A stretch of 48,369 nt of DNA, taken from contig JBMOIA010000001.1 of NCBI GenBank assembly GCA_049317565.1, forward strand, positions 1-48,369. The letters run 5' to 3'. The notes under the pieces are model-generated. The model searched no databases. It was not told where the DNA came from and saw only the letters and a list, made by a program, of their open reading frames with translations. The translations under genes were made by a program, and so were the position numbers. This stretch comes from Terrimicrobiaceae bacterium. GTDB lineage: Bacteria; Verrucomicrobiota; Verrucomicrobiia; Chthoniobacterales; Terrimicrobiaceae. Shown here piece by piece: positions 33,337 through 44,154 of this stretch (its first letter is position 1; every line of letters starts with the position of its first letter).

Positions 33337-36104
33337 TCCGTCCCCTTCAAAAACGCAATCGTTTCCTCTGTGAAGCAGGCCTCTGGTTTGCCGTTTAGGA
33401 AGATCGCCCCGAAGGGATCGTTCCAAGATCCGTTGAAGGGTTGCGGCGGCCAGAATCTTCCCTTGTTCACCAAGGCGGCGATTTCGGCGGCGCACCGCAT
33501 CGCCGACTCTATGGTGTCGTTGTTCAGTTCGGTGAATTCCTCCACGGCGGTCTCGGCTGGGTCGGCGGGCAGGGTAAAATAGGCCGTGGACGGAGGATGG
33601 TCGCCGATTTCCGGTCCATACCAGTGGCTGAGGATGTGGCGGTAGAGGGGGAGTTGCAGGTCCATCCAGCGCCGTTTTTTCGTTTTTCCGGACACGGTGT
33701 GGTCGAACTCCGCAGAGGGGAGCCATTCGCCATGCAACTGCGGGCCGAAATGTTTTTTTGAGGGCTTTGTTGCCTTGGGATGGGTCTTGTAGTCGAGGAC
33801 GCGCCAGGCGCCGGTGACTTCGTTTTTTTCGATGCGGTCGATTTTTCCCGACAGTTTGAGCGGACCGATCCGCAGGGCATCATCGCTCCCGGCGTCGAGT
33901 TTGCGCTCGACCGCGACGATGCGCCACCCTGCGGCGAATTGTTCCGCCTGGATGCGGGCGAACGCACGCAACCGGGCCTTTGCGGCTTCCATTTGGATGG
34001 TAATCGCCGGCGACGGATTCGGGCCGAATGCTCCGTGTGCGATTTCCCGGAGGTGCCCAAGGACGAGCAATTCGATCTTGGCTGGATCCGCTTCGTTCGG
34101 CGTCTCCCTGCCGAAACGCTCGAGTGCCTCGTGAATGAGTGTGCCGAAGCGCCTGGCGTCCATTTCGCGGGCGTCCGGGGTGAACGCGTCGAGCCATTGG
34201 ACTCTTTTCAGATAGTAGCGGAATGGGCAGGCGAGATATTCCGCAAAATCGGTAGGGCTGATTTTCTCCACCTTGCGGCGAAGATTTTCGGGGAGGCTCC
34301 AACGCCAGGCGCTTCCGCGCGGGGCGGGCGCCCTGCCGGGCGGTGGCTCGCCGAAAAGCTCCAAGACCCGCTCGGGGAGAGCTTCCCGTCCGCAACGCAG
34401 GAACAGACTGGAAGGCAATGCCGGGCTGCCCTCGGCGTCGAACCGGCTGAACGACACACGGAATTCAGCGGCCGACCGCGAGAGGAGTTGGCATTGGAAA
34501 AGGTAGGCGTCGCGGGCGAAGCGCGAGGCGTTGTCGGCGAGGCCCAAGGATTTCCTTTTGGAATCCGGCAGGAACGGGTGACCATCTACCGACGACGGCA
34601 GGATGCCTTCCACACACCCGCACAGGACGAGCCTCTTTGCTTCGATCCACGGGGCCTCGAGCCAGCCTTGCAATTCCACATCTCCCGGGTTCGAAGAGCT
34701 GAAGACGCTTTCGGCCTTCAGCGCGCGGGCGAACGCGTGGTCTGCTGCTTCCCTGCGGCCGCGGTAAAGCGGGGATTCCCGGATTGTGCGGTGGAGGGTT
34801 GCCACCTTCCGAGCCTCCTCCAAACCGTCGCCGCCGGATCGCCATGCTTTGGCGAGCAATTCGGGAGCGGCGAGTGGCAGGAGGGATTTTACCAAGGCGA
34901 CAAAAACCGCCGATTGCGCCCGGCGCTGGGATTTTTCCTTTTCGGGACCGGCTTCCACGGGAGCGAACGCGTCGGCTTGGGGGAAATCGGAAAGGACGGC
35001 TTCTCCGATCAGGTAATCGCAGACGGCGAGGCAGTCGTCGCTGGTGAGTTCCGATCCGCCGCGCACCAGGTTGTTGAAGCGCGGCAATTCGAGCAAGCGC
35101 CGCAGCGTGCGCAGTGCTCCTGAGGAACGGAAGCGCGTCCATTCGAGGGCGAGCACACCCGCTTCGCATGTTTCCAGACGCGTGCCGTTCGGCAGGAAGG
35201 CCGTGCCGCCTCGGGATTCCACGACGGTTCGGAAAGCGCTGCCGAGGTTCGGGTCGGCGAGAACCACGGCGTAATCGCCGGGCGGTTGCGCGGAGACGGC
35301 ACAGTCGATGGCCCGAGTTGCCTCGTCCTCCGCCGAACCCGCCATGGAAATCTGATGCGGTTCGATGTCGAGGCGGCATTCCGCCCATTCGACGGGATCC
35401 GGCCTGCCCCACGCATCGAATCCGCCGAACAGGCCTTCGGGCATCCACACGAGCACCTCGACCCGCACACCGAGGGATTCCAGTGATTGCGCATAATGCT
35501 GCGCGACCAACGGCAAATCCGGGATGCAGGCGATCACCAACCGTTGCAGTTCACCGGCGCGTGCGGGGCGATCCATTTGCGTCAATCGGGCTTCGTTAGG
35601 ATCCTCCAGCCCGCCATCCTCGAGCGCGGCGAGGTAGCATTCGTAAACCCGGGCGAGCACCTCCCATCGCGCCGAATCCCAGGCGCAAACTTCATGCACG
35701 CGCCCATCGCGCGGGCTCCGGCCGGCTTCCGCAAGGAGATCGCACAAGTCGCAAAGGACGCCGCCGCTTTTGTGCCGTGCCTGCTCGGAGTCCAACTTGG
35801 CGCCGGAAAAAAGGGGCTCAAGGAACGCGGGGTTCAGTTTTTCCAAAGCCAGGGCCCATGCACCCTCGCGTTCGAATCGTTCCGCGGTCCGCGTGCCACA
35901 GGGCAGCAGCGCCTGCATCGGCTGGGTGAAGCGCGGCGAGAGAACCCCTTTTTCAGCCAATGCCCGGCGAATCCGGCGGCCCGCACCCGCTGTGGGAAGC
36001 CACACCTCGAGACGGCTCAGGTCGTTGCTGCCGCCGCCGAGCAAGATCTCGGCGACCTGTGCGGCCAGCGGGGATGTTTTGCGCAGAAAAATCCGTTCGG
36101 CCAT
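33333..36104 (-). CDS. addB: AddB-type inactivated-helicase / PD-(D/E)XK nuclease subunit
   Basis: 923 aa. The P-loop is degenerate (LPTAGAGRRIRRAL). The C-terminal RecB-type nuclease has FGTLIHEALERF, LSGKIDRIE, WRVLDYKT and LQLPLYRHIL. It pairs with the AddA-like gene. Confidence 0.75.
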   Translation of the reverse strand: MAERIFLRKTSPLAAQVAEILLGGGSNDLSRLEVWLPTAGAGRRIRRALAEKGVLSPRFTQPMQALLPCGTRTAERFEREGAWALALEKLNPAFLEPLFSGAKLDSEQARHKSGGVLCDLCDLLAEAGRSPRDGRVHEVCAWDSARWEVLARVYECYLAALEDGGLEDPNEARLTQMDRPARAGELQRLVIACIPDLPLVAQHYAQSLESLGVRVEVLVWMPEGLFGGFDAWGRPDPVEWAECRLDIEPHQISMAGSAEDEATRAIDCAVSAQPPGDYAVVLADPNLGSAFRTVVESRGGTAFLPNGTRLETCEAGVLALEWTRFRSSGALRTLRRLLELPRFNNLVRGGSELTSDDCLAVCDYLIGEAVLSDFPQADAFAPVEAGPEKEKSQRRAQSAVFVALVKSLLPLAAPELLAKAWRSGGDGLEEARKVATLHRTIRESPLYRGRREAADHAFARALKAESVFSSSNPGDVELQGWLEAPWIEAKRLVLCGCVEGILPSSVDGHPFLPDSKRKSLGLADNASRFARDAYLFQCQLLSRSAAEFRVSFSRFDAEGSPALPSSLFLRCGREALPERVLELFGEPPPGRAPAPRGSAWRWSLPENLRRKVEKISPTDFAEYLACPFRYYLKRVQWLDAFTPDAREMDARRFGTLIHEALERFGRETPNEADPAKIELLVLGHLREIAHGAFGPNPSPAITIQMEAAKARLRAFARIQAEQFAAGWRIVAVERKLDAGSDDALRIGPLKLSGKIDRIEKNEVTGAWRVLDYKTHPKATKPSKKHFGPQLHGEWLPSAEFDHTVSGKTKKRRWMDLQLPLYRHILSHWYGPEIGDHPPSTAYFTLPADPAETAVEEFTELNNDTIESAMRCAAEIAALVNKGRFWPPQPFNGSWNDPFGAIFLNGKPEACFTEETIAFLKGTE

Positions 36105-36163
36105 GCGTCTTTCAGATCCTTCCGGCTAGTGGCGCAACGAAGGCCGCGGAAGTGTGGGGCGGA

Positions 36164-36826
36164 TTATTGCCCCGGTTGTGATTGTTGCTGGGGTTGGGCG
36201 CCGAGGCGGGAGAGTTGGTTGGCGGCCATGCGGGCGGCGGCGGATTGGGGGTAGCGGGAAGTGACCATGTTGAAGCTGCGACGGGCTTCTTCGCGCTGGA
36301 AGCTGCGCAACAGAAGTTCTGCTTCGCAATAGGCGGCGAATGGGGCGGCGTAGCTGTCGGGGAATTGCGTGACGACTTGTTGGTAGGTGGCGATGGCGCC
36401 CTTTTCGTCACCCGAGGCATCCTGGTTCTGGCCAACGCCGAGAAGGGCGCCGCCGGCGAGTTCATGGGCCGGGAATTTTTGGAGGAATTCCTTGAAGGCG
36501 GCTGTGGAGGCGGGGAGGTCGCCGGCTTCGCGGTGTGCGGCGGCGAGGAGCATGAGGGCGTCGGCGGCGGGATTCGAGCGCGGGTATTTTTCCACGACGG
36601 CGCGGTAGCCTTCGATGCCGGTGGCTTCTGCGAGGAGTTTTTCGGCGGCCTCGTTTGTCAGCGTGGAGTTGATCCACCAAACGAAGATGGCTATGCCCGC
36701 CACGGCGATGGCGGCTGCCGCGGCGAGGATGGTTTTTTTGTGTTTCTCCCAGGCGAGTTCCCAATCGTCGATGGCGGGATCGTCGATGGGCGAGGCGGGG
36801 AAGGGGTTCGGGTTTTGCGTTTCCAT
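36164..36826 (-). CDS. membrane-anchored TPR-like protein (YfgM/YbgF-like)
   Basis: 220 aa with a single TM helix (ILAAAAAIAVAGIAIFVWW), then helical repeats, then a Gln-rich tail. The start ATG shares one base with the cysK stop (TAATG). Confidence 0.65.
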   Translation of the reverse strand: METQNPNPFPASPIDDPAIDDWELAWEKHKKTILAAAAAIAVAGIAIFVWWINSTLTNEAAEKLLAEATGIEGYRAVVEKYPRSNPAADALMLLAAAHREAGDLPASTAAFKEFLQKFPAHELAGGALLGVGQNQDASGDEKGAIATYQQVVTQFPDSYAAPFAAYCEAELLLRSFQREEARRSFNMVTSRYPQSAAARMAANQLSRLGAQPQQQSQPGQ

Positions 36827-37809
36827 TATCCGCCGACCTCCGCGCGGGCTTCGTCGGCGAGGGCGGTGCTGAGGTAGCGTTCGCCGGTGGAGCAGCCGAT
36901 GGTGACGATGAGTTTGCCGGCGTTTTCGGGGCGGCGGGCGACCTCGATGGCGGCGTGGACATTCGCGCCGGTGCTGATGCCGCCGAGGATGCCTTCCTCC
37001 TTGGCGAGGCGGCGGGCCATGGCGAAGGCGTCATCGTTCGAGACCTGGATGCACTCGGTGATCTGCGGGTCGCCGGAGGCGGTTTTGAGGTGGAGGTTGT
37101 TCGGAACGAACCCGGCGCCGGTGCCCTGGATTTTATGGGGTCCGGGCTTGAGGGGCTCGCCGGCGAGGGTTTGGGAAATCACGGGGGAGTCCTTGGGTTC
37201 GACGGCGATGGCTTGGAAGGAGGGTTTGCGCGGGCGGAGAGCTTCAACGACGCCGCTGATGGTGCCGCCGGTGCCGACTGCGGAGATGAGGATGTCCACT
37301 TTTCCATCGGTGTCTTCCCAGATTTCCTCGGCGGTGGTTTTCGAGTGGATGGCGGGGTTGGCGGGATTGCTGAATTGCTGGGGCATCCAGGAGTTCGGCG
37401 TTTCCTGGAGGATGGCTTCGGCCTTGGCGATCGCGCCGCGCATGCCTTCGGGGCCCGGGGTGAGGACGAGCTTGGCGCCGAGCATGGCGAGGAGGGTGCG
37501 GCGCTCGAGGCTCATGGTCTCTGGCATGGTGAGGATGACCTTGTAGCCTTTTGCCGCGGCGACAAAGGCGAGGGCGATGCCGGTGTTTCCGCTCGTGGGC
37601 TCGACGATGATGGTGTCGGGTTTGAGTATGCCGCGCTTTTCGGCATCCTCGATCATCGCCATGCCGATGCGGTCCTTGACGCTGCCGAGTGGGTTAAAGA
37701 ATTCGCATTTGAGGGCGATGGTGGCGGGGAGGCCGGCCGCGACGCGGTTGAGGCGGACGAGCGGGGTGCGGCCGATGGTGTCGACGATGGAGTTGTGGAT
37801 TTTGCCCAT
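36826..37809 (-). CDS. cysK: cysteine synthase A (O-acetylserine sulfhydrylase)
   Basis: 327 aa. Motifs are [22 protein letters not shown] (PLP lysine), [12 protein letters not shown] and GTGGTISG. Confidence 0.9.
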   Translation of the reverse strand: MGKIHNSIVDTIGRTPLVRLNRVAAGLPATIALKCEFFNPLGSVKDRIGMAMIEDAEKRGILKPDTIIVEPTSGNTGIALAFVAAAKGYKVILTMPETMSLERRTLLAMLGAKLVLTPGPEGMRGAIAKAEAILQETPNSWMPQQFSNPANPAIHSKTTAEEIWEDTDGKVDILISAVGTGGTISGVVEALRPRKPSFQAIAVEPKDSPVISQTLAGEPLKPGPHKIQGTGAGFVPNNLHLKTASGDPQITECIQVSNDDAFAMARRLAKEEGILGGISTGANVHAAIEVARRPENAGKLIVTIGCSTGERYLSTALADEARAEVGG

Positions 37810-37879
37810 GGGATTCGAGAAAGGATCGGAAGAATAGGCGAGGCGGCTTCCGCGGGTGAAGCCCCAAGTTTGCGGGGCG

Positions 37880-40627
37880 TCAGCCGGTGGTGCGGAGGCC
37901 GCTGGCGATGGCGTTGATGCTGAGGAGGACCTGGGGGAGGAGTTTTTCGCGGGCGGGGGAGTCCTTCGCGGTGGCCTCGCGCCAGGCGGCGAGGAGTTCG
38001 ACCTGGTGGCGGTGGAGGGAGCGGAGGCCGGCGTCGCGGAGTTGGAGGGTTTTCAGCATGCGGGGGCGGCGTTTTTCGAGCGGGGCGCCGAAGACTTCGG
38101 ACATCATTTGCGAGGTGGCGTCGAACTCCGGGAGGATGATGCCGAGGATGGAGGCGCGGATTTTTTCGTCACGGACGAGGCTGGCGTAGAGGCGGATCAT
38201 TTCGCGGTCGGCGCTGGCGAGGTTCGTTTCGACATTCGTCAGGACATAGTAGAGGAACGGCGATTTTTTGAGGTTCGCGGCAAGGTGTTTGAAATGGCGG
38301 GGCTTTTCGGAATTGAGGCGGCGCAGGGCGGAGCCGACGCCGAACCAACCGGGGAGGTAGTGGCGGCTCTGGTTCCATGCGAAGACCCAAGGGATGGCGC
38401 GGAGGTCGGCGAGCGTGCGCTGGCCGGTGCGGCGGGACGGGCGGGAGCCGATGCGGCTGGTCTCGAGGGCGTCGATGGGCGTGGCCTGGGAGAAGTAGGC
38501 CATGAAATCCGGATGGCCGACGAGGGAGTCGTAGAATTCGCGGCTGGCGGCGGCGAGGAAATCGCAGGCTTCGGCGAGCAGGCCGGTCGGGCCGTTTTTC
38601 GGGTGGTTGAGCGTGACGCCCGCGACGCCGGCCTGAAGGAGTTCGAGGTTGTGGAGGGCGAGGCTGATGGTGCCGTATTTTTGGGAAATGGTTTCGCCCT
38701 GCTCGGTCATGCGGAGGTCGCCGCGGACGGAGCCCGGCGGGAGGGCGTCGAGGAAGCGGTGGGTGGGGCCGGCGCCGCGGCTGATGGTGCCGCCACGGCC
38801 GTGGAAGAAGCGGATTTTCGCGCCGGCGCGGCGGGCGGCCTCGGCGAGGGAGCTCTGGCATTGGTGCAGCGCCCATTGGGAGGCGAAGATGCCGCAATCC
38901 TTGTTGCTATCGCTGTAGCCGATCATCACCTGCTGGATGGGGATTTTCCCGCGCGGGGATTTCATAAGGCGCAGGCTGCGGGCGGTAACGGGGTGGGCGA
39001 GGAACTCGGAGACGATGCCCGGGCCCCGCTCGAGGTCGTCGAGGGTTTCAAAGAGCGGGACGACGGGGACTTCACAAACAAGACCCTGTGCGGTCCAGCG
39101 GGCGAGGCCGGCCTCTCGGGCGAGGAGGTAAACGGCGAGGAGGTCCGAGAGGCGGCGCGTCATGCTGACGATGAGCGAGCCAACGCCCTCGCGGCCGTGT
39201 TTGTCGATGTGAGTGCGGAGGACGGCGTAGCAGGAGAGGACGGCTTCCGCCTCGCGGCCGGCATTCGAGCCGGAGGCGAGGAACGGGCGCGGGGAGCGGA
39301 GTTCGGCTTCGAGGAATTCGAGGCGGCGTGGCTCGTCCCATGAGGAGAACGAGGAATCCTCTGCGCCGCCGGCGGCAAGGAGTTGGTCGACGGCGAGGTC
39401 GTGGAAGCGGCTGTTCTGGCGGATGTCGAGGGCGGCGAGGTGGAAGCCGAAGCAATCGAGCGTGCGGCGGACGGGCGAGACGGCGCTGTCGGCGAGGCGG
39501 GCGGCGCCGGATTTTTTCAGGGATTCGGCGAGGGCCTTGAGGTGGGAGTCGAGTTGGTGCGGGGTGCGGAAGCGGGCGGGGTCGTCGAGGATTTTGGCGT
39601 CCTCGATTTCGCCCGTGGAGATGGGGAGTTTCGCCTGGAGGTGGAGGGCGAGCTGGCGCCAGGGTTCGTCCGAGTGAGCGGCGCGGAGATGGTCGGCGAG
39701 TGCGGGGTTTTCGCGGCGGAAGCGATCGAGGGATTTCTGGAGGGGTTTCGGGAACTCCTGGAAATTGCTCGAGAGCGGGAGCATTTCGGCGAGGGCGCCG
39801 AGTTTGCGATGGATGACGACGAGGGCGCTGACGCGGAGCTCGCGCAGGGTGGTTTCCGTAACTGCGGCCGTGACGAATGGATGGCCGTCGCGATCGCCGC
39901 CCACCCAAGTGCCGAAGCGGGTTTTCGGGCGGCGGAGGGGGTCTGCAATGAGAGCGGGGTCGAAGTCCGCGGCGCGCCAGGCTTGCAGGAGGCGGAGGTC
40001 GAGCTGGGCCACGGCCTGGGGGAAAACCTCACGCAGGTAATACACGACGCCGCGGCGCTCGGTGGCGATGTCGGGTTTCTCGAGCAGGATTTCGCCGGTG
40101 CGCCAGAGGCGTTCAAGGACGAGTTTGATTTCCTCGCGGAGGGATTCGAGGCGGGTGGGCGATGGCGGAGCGGTTTCGCGTTCGAGAAGGAGGCGGTAGA
40201 TGGCGCGGTGTTGCTCCAGGACCGCAGAGCGCTTCGCCTCGGTGGGGTGGGCGGTGAGGACCGGCTCGATGCGGATGGAGGGAAGGGCAGCGGCGATTTG
40301 TGCGGGCGACATACCGGAGGCTGCGAGGAGGGAAATCTGGCGTGGCCAGAGACCTGGTTCGGCGGCCGGGCCGAGTTCGATTTCGCGGAGCGTGCGGCTG
40401 CGTGCGGCGGTGATTTCCTCCACCATGTTGAGGAGCTGGAAGGCGATCGAGGCGGCCTGCTCAAAGCCGTCGCAAAAATCCTTTTTCGATCCGACCCATG
40501 GAAGGCGGTCGGCGATTTCCTTTCGCCCCATTTCCACGAGGACCTCGCGCAGGCAGCCCATGAGGAAGTCCAGGTCTGCCGTGATTTTTTCGAATCCCCT
40601 GACGATGTAGTCCGCCGTCGTTTTCAC
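37880..40627 (-). CDS. ppc: phosphoenolpyruvate carboxylase
   Basis: 915 aa. Motifs are [22 protein letters not shown]-like ([15 protein letters not shown]) and [13 protein letters not shown], with the C-terminal ...[11 protein letters not shown]. Confidence 0.95.
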   Translation of the reverse strand: MKTTADYIVRGFEKITADLDFLMGCLREVLVEMGRKEIADRLPWVGSKKDFCDGFEQAASIAFQLLNMVEEITAARSRTLREIELGPAAEPGLWPRQISLLAASGMSPAQIAAALPSIRIEPVLTAHPTEAKRSAVLEQHRAIYRLLLERETAPPSPTRLESLREEIKLVLERLWRTGEILLEKPDIATERRGVVYYLREVFPQAVAQLDLRLLQAWRAADFDPALIADPLRRPKTRFGTWVGGDRDGHPFVTAAVTETTLRELRVSALVVIHRKLGALAEMLPLSSNFQEFPKPLQKSLDRFRRENPALADHLRAAHSDEPWRQLALHLQAKLPISTGEIEDAKILDDPARFRTPHQLDSHLKALAESLKKSGAARLADSAVSPVRRTLDCFGFHLAALDIRQNSRFHDLAVDQLLAAGGAEDSSFSSWDEPRRLEFLEAELRSPRPFLASGSNAGREAEAVLSCYAVLRTHIDKHGREGVGSLIVSMTRRLSDLLAVYLLAREAGLARWTAQGLVCEVPVVPLFETLDDLERGPGIVSEFLAHPVTARSLRLMKSPRGKIPIQQVMIGYSDSNKDCGIFASQWALHQCQSSLAEAARRAGAKIRFFHGRGGTISRGAGPTHRFLDALPPGSVRGDLRMTEQGETISQKYGTISLALHNLELLQAGVAGVTLNHPKNGPTGLLAEACDFLAAASREFYDSLVGHPDFMAYFSQATPIDALETSRIGSRPSRRTGQRTLADLRAIPWVFAWNQSRHYLPGWFGVGSALRRLNSEKPRHFKHLAANLKKSPFLYYVLTNVETNLASADREMIRLYASLVRDEKIRASILGIILPEFDATSQMMSEVFGAPLEKRRPRMLKTLQLRDAGLRSLHRHQVELLAAWREATAKDSPAREKLLPQVLLSINAIASGLRTTG

Positions 40628-40682
40628 CCTGGGGCGGGAGTGTGGCGGCGCGGCGCGGAAAATTCAACCGCGGCGTTGCGGG

Positions 40683-41219
40683 TCAGGCGGATTGGCGCTT
40701 GGCCGCGATCGCGAGCATGAGCATCGAGACGCCGCTGAAAAGGGCTTGGATGCCGTAGAGGATGCCAATGACCCATTCCGCGTCCATGGGCCATTTCGAA
40801 AAAATCATCCATCCGAGGATGGCGGCGACGATGCCGTTGAGGAGGAGCCAGACCCAGGCGGGGTTCGAGCGCATACGGAACGAGGTGATGATGCAGAACA
40901 CGCCTTCCACCAAAAAAACAGCACCGAGGATGAGGGTGAGCGTGAGCATGCCCGAGCTTGTGAAGAGGAACAACGCGGCGCCGGCGGCGAAGCGGATGGC
41001 GGCCGAGAGTCCCGAGAGGAAGCGGTGTGCGGTGTCGTGGCCGAAGACGGCCTGGAACAGTCCGATGCCGCCGCTCACGAGGCAGAGTGCGCCGATGAAG
41101 GCAGTGAGGATGTAGGAAAACATCCCCGGGATGATGACGGCGAGGATACCTGTGGCGATGGAGAGGATGCCCCCGAAGAGGAGCCATCCGCGGGAGGGGG
41201 TGGGTTTGTTTTCGGACAT
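40683..41219 (-). CDS. HdeD/DUF308-family small membrane protein
   Basis: Internal ATG at 41219, giving 178 aa. It has six predicted TM helices with repeated GxxxG-rich segments (WLLFGGILSIATGILAVI and VWLLLNGIVAAILGWMIF). Confidence 0.65.
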   Translation of the reverse strand: MSENKPTPSRGWLLFGGILSIATGILAVIIPGMFSYILTAFIGALCLVSGGIGLFQAVFGHDTAHRFLSGLSAAIRFAAGAALFLFTSSGMLTLTLILGAVFLVEGVFCIITSFRMRSNPAWVWLLLNGIVAAILGWMIFSKWPMDAEWVIGILYGIQALFSGVSMLMLAIAAKRQSA

Positions 41220-41230
41220 GTGGGTTGGGA

Positions 41231-43375
41231 TTATTCGCCGTAGACGCCTTTCGCGCCGTAGGAGCCGTAGTATTTTCCAGAGTAGTAGTAGGCGTAGTAG
41301 CCGCCGCGGCCGCTCGGGAGGAAGTTGAGGATGAGGCCGGCGGGTTCGGTTTTGGTTTCCTCGAGGGATTTGATCGCGCGCATGACCATCTTGCGCGGGG
41401 TGCCGAACGCGCGGCAGACGAGCGTGCAGAGGTCCACAAACGGCGCAATGAGGAGCGTGTCGCTCACAGCGAGGAGCGGTGCGGAGTCCACGACGACTCG
41501 GTCGTATTTCGAGAGCGCCTCGTTGAGGACGCGGGTGATGTTTTCGGGTGTGAGGAGTTCGGAGGGGTTCGGCGCACGGCCGCCTGCGGTGAGGATGGAG
41601 AGGTTGTCGATGTGTGTGGAGAGGATGGCGCCCTTGAGGGTGCAGGATTGCATGAGGACTTCGGAGAGGCCTGGCTTGCGGTTCTCGCCGAAAAAGACGA
41701 TCGAGCCTCCTGGTTTGCGAAGGTCGGCGTCGATGAAGAGTGTGTTGAAGCCCTGCTGCGCGAGGGTGACGGCGTAGTTCGACGAGCAGAATGTTTTGCC
41801 CTCGCTCGGCATGGAACTCGTGAAGAGAAAGGTGCGGGCGTTCTCGTTCAGGCGGTGGAGGGTTAGCGAGGCGCGTAACGATCGAAAGGCCTCGGCCACC
41901 ATGCCGGATCGTTCTTCGTTTGTGACCAGCACGCTCGCGCGGGTCGAAAGGCTCAGCTTCGGAATCGCGGCGAGGACATTGACGCCGGTGAGGTGTTCGA
42001 TCTGGTCGACGGTTTTGATGCTGGTATCGAGCAGGAAAATGACAATGGCGAGTGCGATGCCTGCGGCCAGGCCGGCGAGCAGGCTTTGGGTCCATTTTTT
42101 CGTGGCGCTGGGGCGCATGGGAACGGCACCGGTGGCGTTTTCGTGGATGCGGACCGGGGATTCCGTGAGTTGCTTGGTGAGGTCCACTTCCTTGAGGCGG
42201 GAGAGGACGGAATTGTAGAGCGCCTGGTCGGTTTCCTGCTCGCGCTTGATATCGTTGTATTCGATCGCTTTTTCGGTCACCTCGAGGAGGCGTTTTTCCG
42301 CGGTGTCGCGGGCGTTTTTGGATTCGGCGGCCTGGATTTCGAGTCGGCGGCGGGTGTTTTCGAGGAGACCCGAGGCGTCGGTGAGTATACGGGCGAGATC
42401 GGAGCGGGTGAGGTCGATCTGTGTCTTCAGCATGATGTAGGTCGGGTGCTTCGAGCGGTAGCGCTGGGAGACGAGGGTGAGTTCGCGCTCGCGGGCGTTG
42501 AGCGTCTCGACATATTGCATGACCTTTGGTTCCGAGGCGACGCTGGGAAGAGAGAGGAGTTGGTCGAGGTCTTGTTTGTTCGCTTTGATGACGGCGAGGT
42601 CGCTGTCGATCTGGCGGAGGCGCTTGTCGATTTCGATCTGGTTGTTTGTGATTTCGGAGACCTGCGACTGGGCGGATGCCATCATGTTCTCGATGGAGGC
42701 GGCGCGTTCGCGTTCGCGGAAACTTTGCATCGCCTCCTCGGAGACGCGCATTTTTTTGCGGAGGCGGTCCGCCTCGTCCATGAGGAACTGGGTCGCGGAT
42801 TTCGAGGCCTCGCTTCGACGCTCGAAGACATAGCGGATGTATTCATCGGCATAGGAATTCGCGAGTTTCACCGAGAGGTTCGGGTCGAGCGTGGTGATCA
42901 TCACATCGATGAGGCGGGTGTTTGTGCGGTAAACCGCAGCCACCATCGAGGTGAGGGCGCCTGCAACGCGGTCCGGCGTGGCATCACGGGCCGGGATGCC
43001 GGCGGCGGAGAGGAACCGGGGATCCTGATCGAGTTTGTAGCGTGCGGCGACGCGCTGGGCGAACGGGTAGCTACGCAGCAGGTCGACGACGGTATTGATC
43101 ATGTCGATGGAGCGTATGGCTTCATCACGGACCTGCTGCTGCTCGATGATTTTCGCCTGTTCCTGTTCGATGAAGAGGACGGCGCGTGCGCGGTAGGTCG
43201 TCTCGATTTTGGAAAGGCTGTATCCGGCGTAGATTCCTGAAATGATGACGCAGAGGATGACGATCCACAGGCGGTCAATGACGGCGTGGAAATACTCGCG
43301 CCAATCGATGGCATCGGTGACCGTTTGGACGGCGGTTTTTGCCTTGGAATTCGGGGAGAGGGTTTCGTTGCTCAT
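41231..43375 (-). CDS. polysaccharide co-polymerase / tyrosine autokinase (Wzc/GumC-type)
   Basis: 714 aa. It has an N-terminal Wzz-like TM segment plus a long coiled periplasmic region and a second TM helix. The kinase domain has Walker A FTSSMPSEGKTF, Walker A-prime FIDADLRKP and Walker B VVVDSAPLL. The C-terminal Tyr cluster is GGYYAYYYSGKYYGSYGAKGVYGE. Confidence 0.9.
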   Translation of the reverse strand: MSNETLSPNSKAKTAVQTVTDAIDWREYFHAVIDRLWIVILCVIISGIYAGYSLSKIETTYRARAVLFIEQEQAKIIEQQQVRDEAIRSIDMINTVVDLLRSYPFAQRVAARYKLDQDPRFLSAAGIPARDATPDRVAGALTSMVAAVYRTNTRLIDVMITTLDPNLSVKLANSYADEYIRYVFERRSEASKSATQFLMDEADRLRKKMRVSEEAMQSFRERERAASIENMMASAQSQVSEITNNQIEIDKRLRQIDSDLAVIKANKQDLDQLLSLPSVASEPKVMQYVETLNARERELTLVSQRYRSKHPTYIMLKTQIDLTRSDLARILTDASGLLENTRRRLEIQAAESKNARDTAEKRLLEVTEKAIEYNDIKREQETDQALYNSVLSRLKEVDLTKQLTESPVRIHENATGAVPMRPSATKKWTQSLLAGLAAGIALAIVIFLLDTSIKTVDQIEHLTGVNVLAAIPKLSLSTRASVLVTNEERSGMVAEAFRSLRASLTLHRLNENARTFLFTSSMPSEGKTFCSSNYAVTLAQQGFNTLFIDADLRKPGGSIVFFGENRKPGLSEVLMQSCTLKGAILSTHIDNLSILTAGGRAPNPSELLTPENITRVLNEALSKYDRVVVDSAPLLAVSDTLLIAPFVDLCTLVCRAFGTPRKMVMRAIKSLEETKTEPAGLILNFLPSGRGGYYAYYYSGKYYGSYGAKGVYGE

Positions 43376-43399
43376 GGAAGAATGGAGCTGGCGCCTGGA

Positions 43400-44128
43400 T
43401 CAATACCAACTTTCGCCGACGGTGATAATGTCGCCGGGCAAGACCTTGAAGCCGCCGCCTTTTTCGTCGTCGAGGCGTTTGCTGTTGACCTTGATGACTT
43501 CGGTTTTGCCGCCGATCTTGCGTTTGATTTGGATGTTTTTCGTATCGGCGATGCGGGTGAAACCGCCGGCCATGCCGACGGCTTCAAGGATTCCGAGGGA
43601 GTCGGTGCCCATCAACTCGTAGCTGCCCGGGCTGGAGACCTGGCCGATGACGGTGATCTTCCTTTGAACATACGCGGCGATGTTCAGGTAGATTTGCGGA
43701 TCAACGAGGTAATCGGCATTGTAGAGGTCGCGGATGCGGTTTTGCGCTTCGCGGACGCTGAGGCCTGCGACGGCGACTTCGCCGAGGAGCGGGAGTTGGA
43801 CTCGGCCGTCGCGGGCGATTTTCGAACGCATGGAGAGGTCGGGTTCCTTGTAAACCATAAGGTCGAGTGTGTCGCCGGGAGCGAGGATGTAATCTCCTTC
43901 GCCCGCCATGAGCGCGGGAAGCGCGCCGTCAGGGCCGGGAGACGGGACATTGCCCGGGGCGACTCCGGGCTGTTGGCCGGGGTTTTGGGAAAAGGGCGAG
44001 GGGACCGCGGTGGTCGGGTTTGCATTTGTCCGCGGGGGCGGAAGTTCCGGTGGGGCGGCCTGGGATTGGGTGGCGGCCGCTGCGGCGATGGCGAGGAGAC
44101 CGGAACGGGCGAGGAAACCGAAACGCAT
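43400..44128 (-). CDS. periplasmic polysaccharide export protein (Wza-like; Poly_export + SLBB)
   Basis: 242 aa with a signal peptide. Blocks are YILAPGDTLDLMVY, DGRVQLPLLGEVAVAGLSVREAQNRI, ITVIGQVSSPGSY and VLPGDIITV. Confidence 0.85.
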   Translation of the reverse strand: MRFGFLARSGLLAIAAAAATQSQAAPPELPPPRTNANPTTAVPSPFSQNPGQQPGVAPGNVPSPGPDGALPALMAGEGDYILAPGDTLDLMVYKEPDLSMRSKIARDGRVQLPLLGEVAVAGLSVREAQNRIRDLYNADYLVDPQIYLNIAAYVQRKITVIGQVSSPGSYELMGTDSLGILEAVGMAGGFTRIADTKNIQIKRKIGGKTEVIKVNSKRLDDEKGGGFKVLPGDIITVGESWY

Positions 44129-44154
44129 GAGGCGCGGAAGCTAAACCGTGCGCC

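Noticed and set aside
30268-36104. Helicase + nuclease pair as a candidate anti-phage defence system
   Set aside because: The motif content, subunit order, ATGA coupling and sizes fit a canonical AddB/AddA recombination enzyme, and no other defence-island genes are adjacent.
37856-40720. Plus-strand ORFs 37856..39343 (495 aa) and 39383..40720 (445 aa)
   Set aside because: They are Gly/Ala/Glu/Val-rich antisense translations of ppc.
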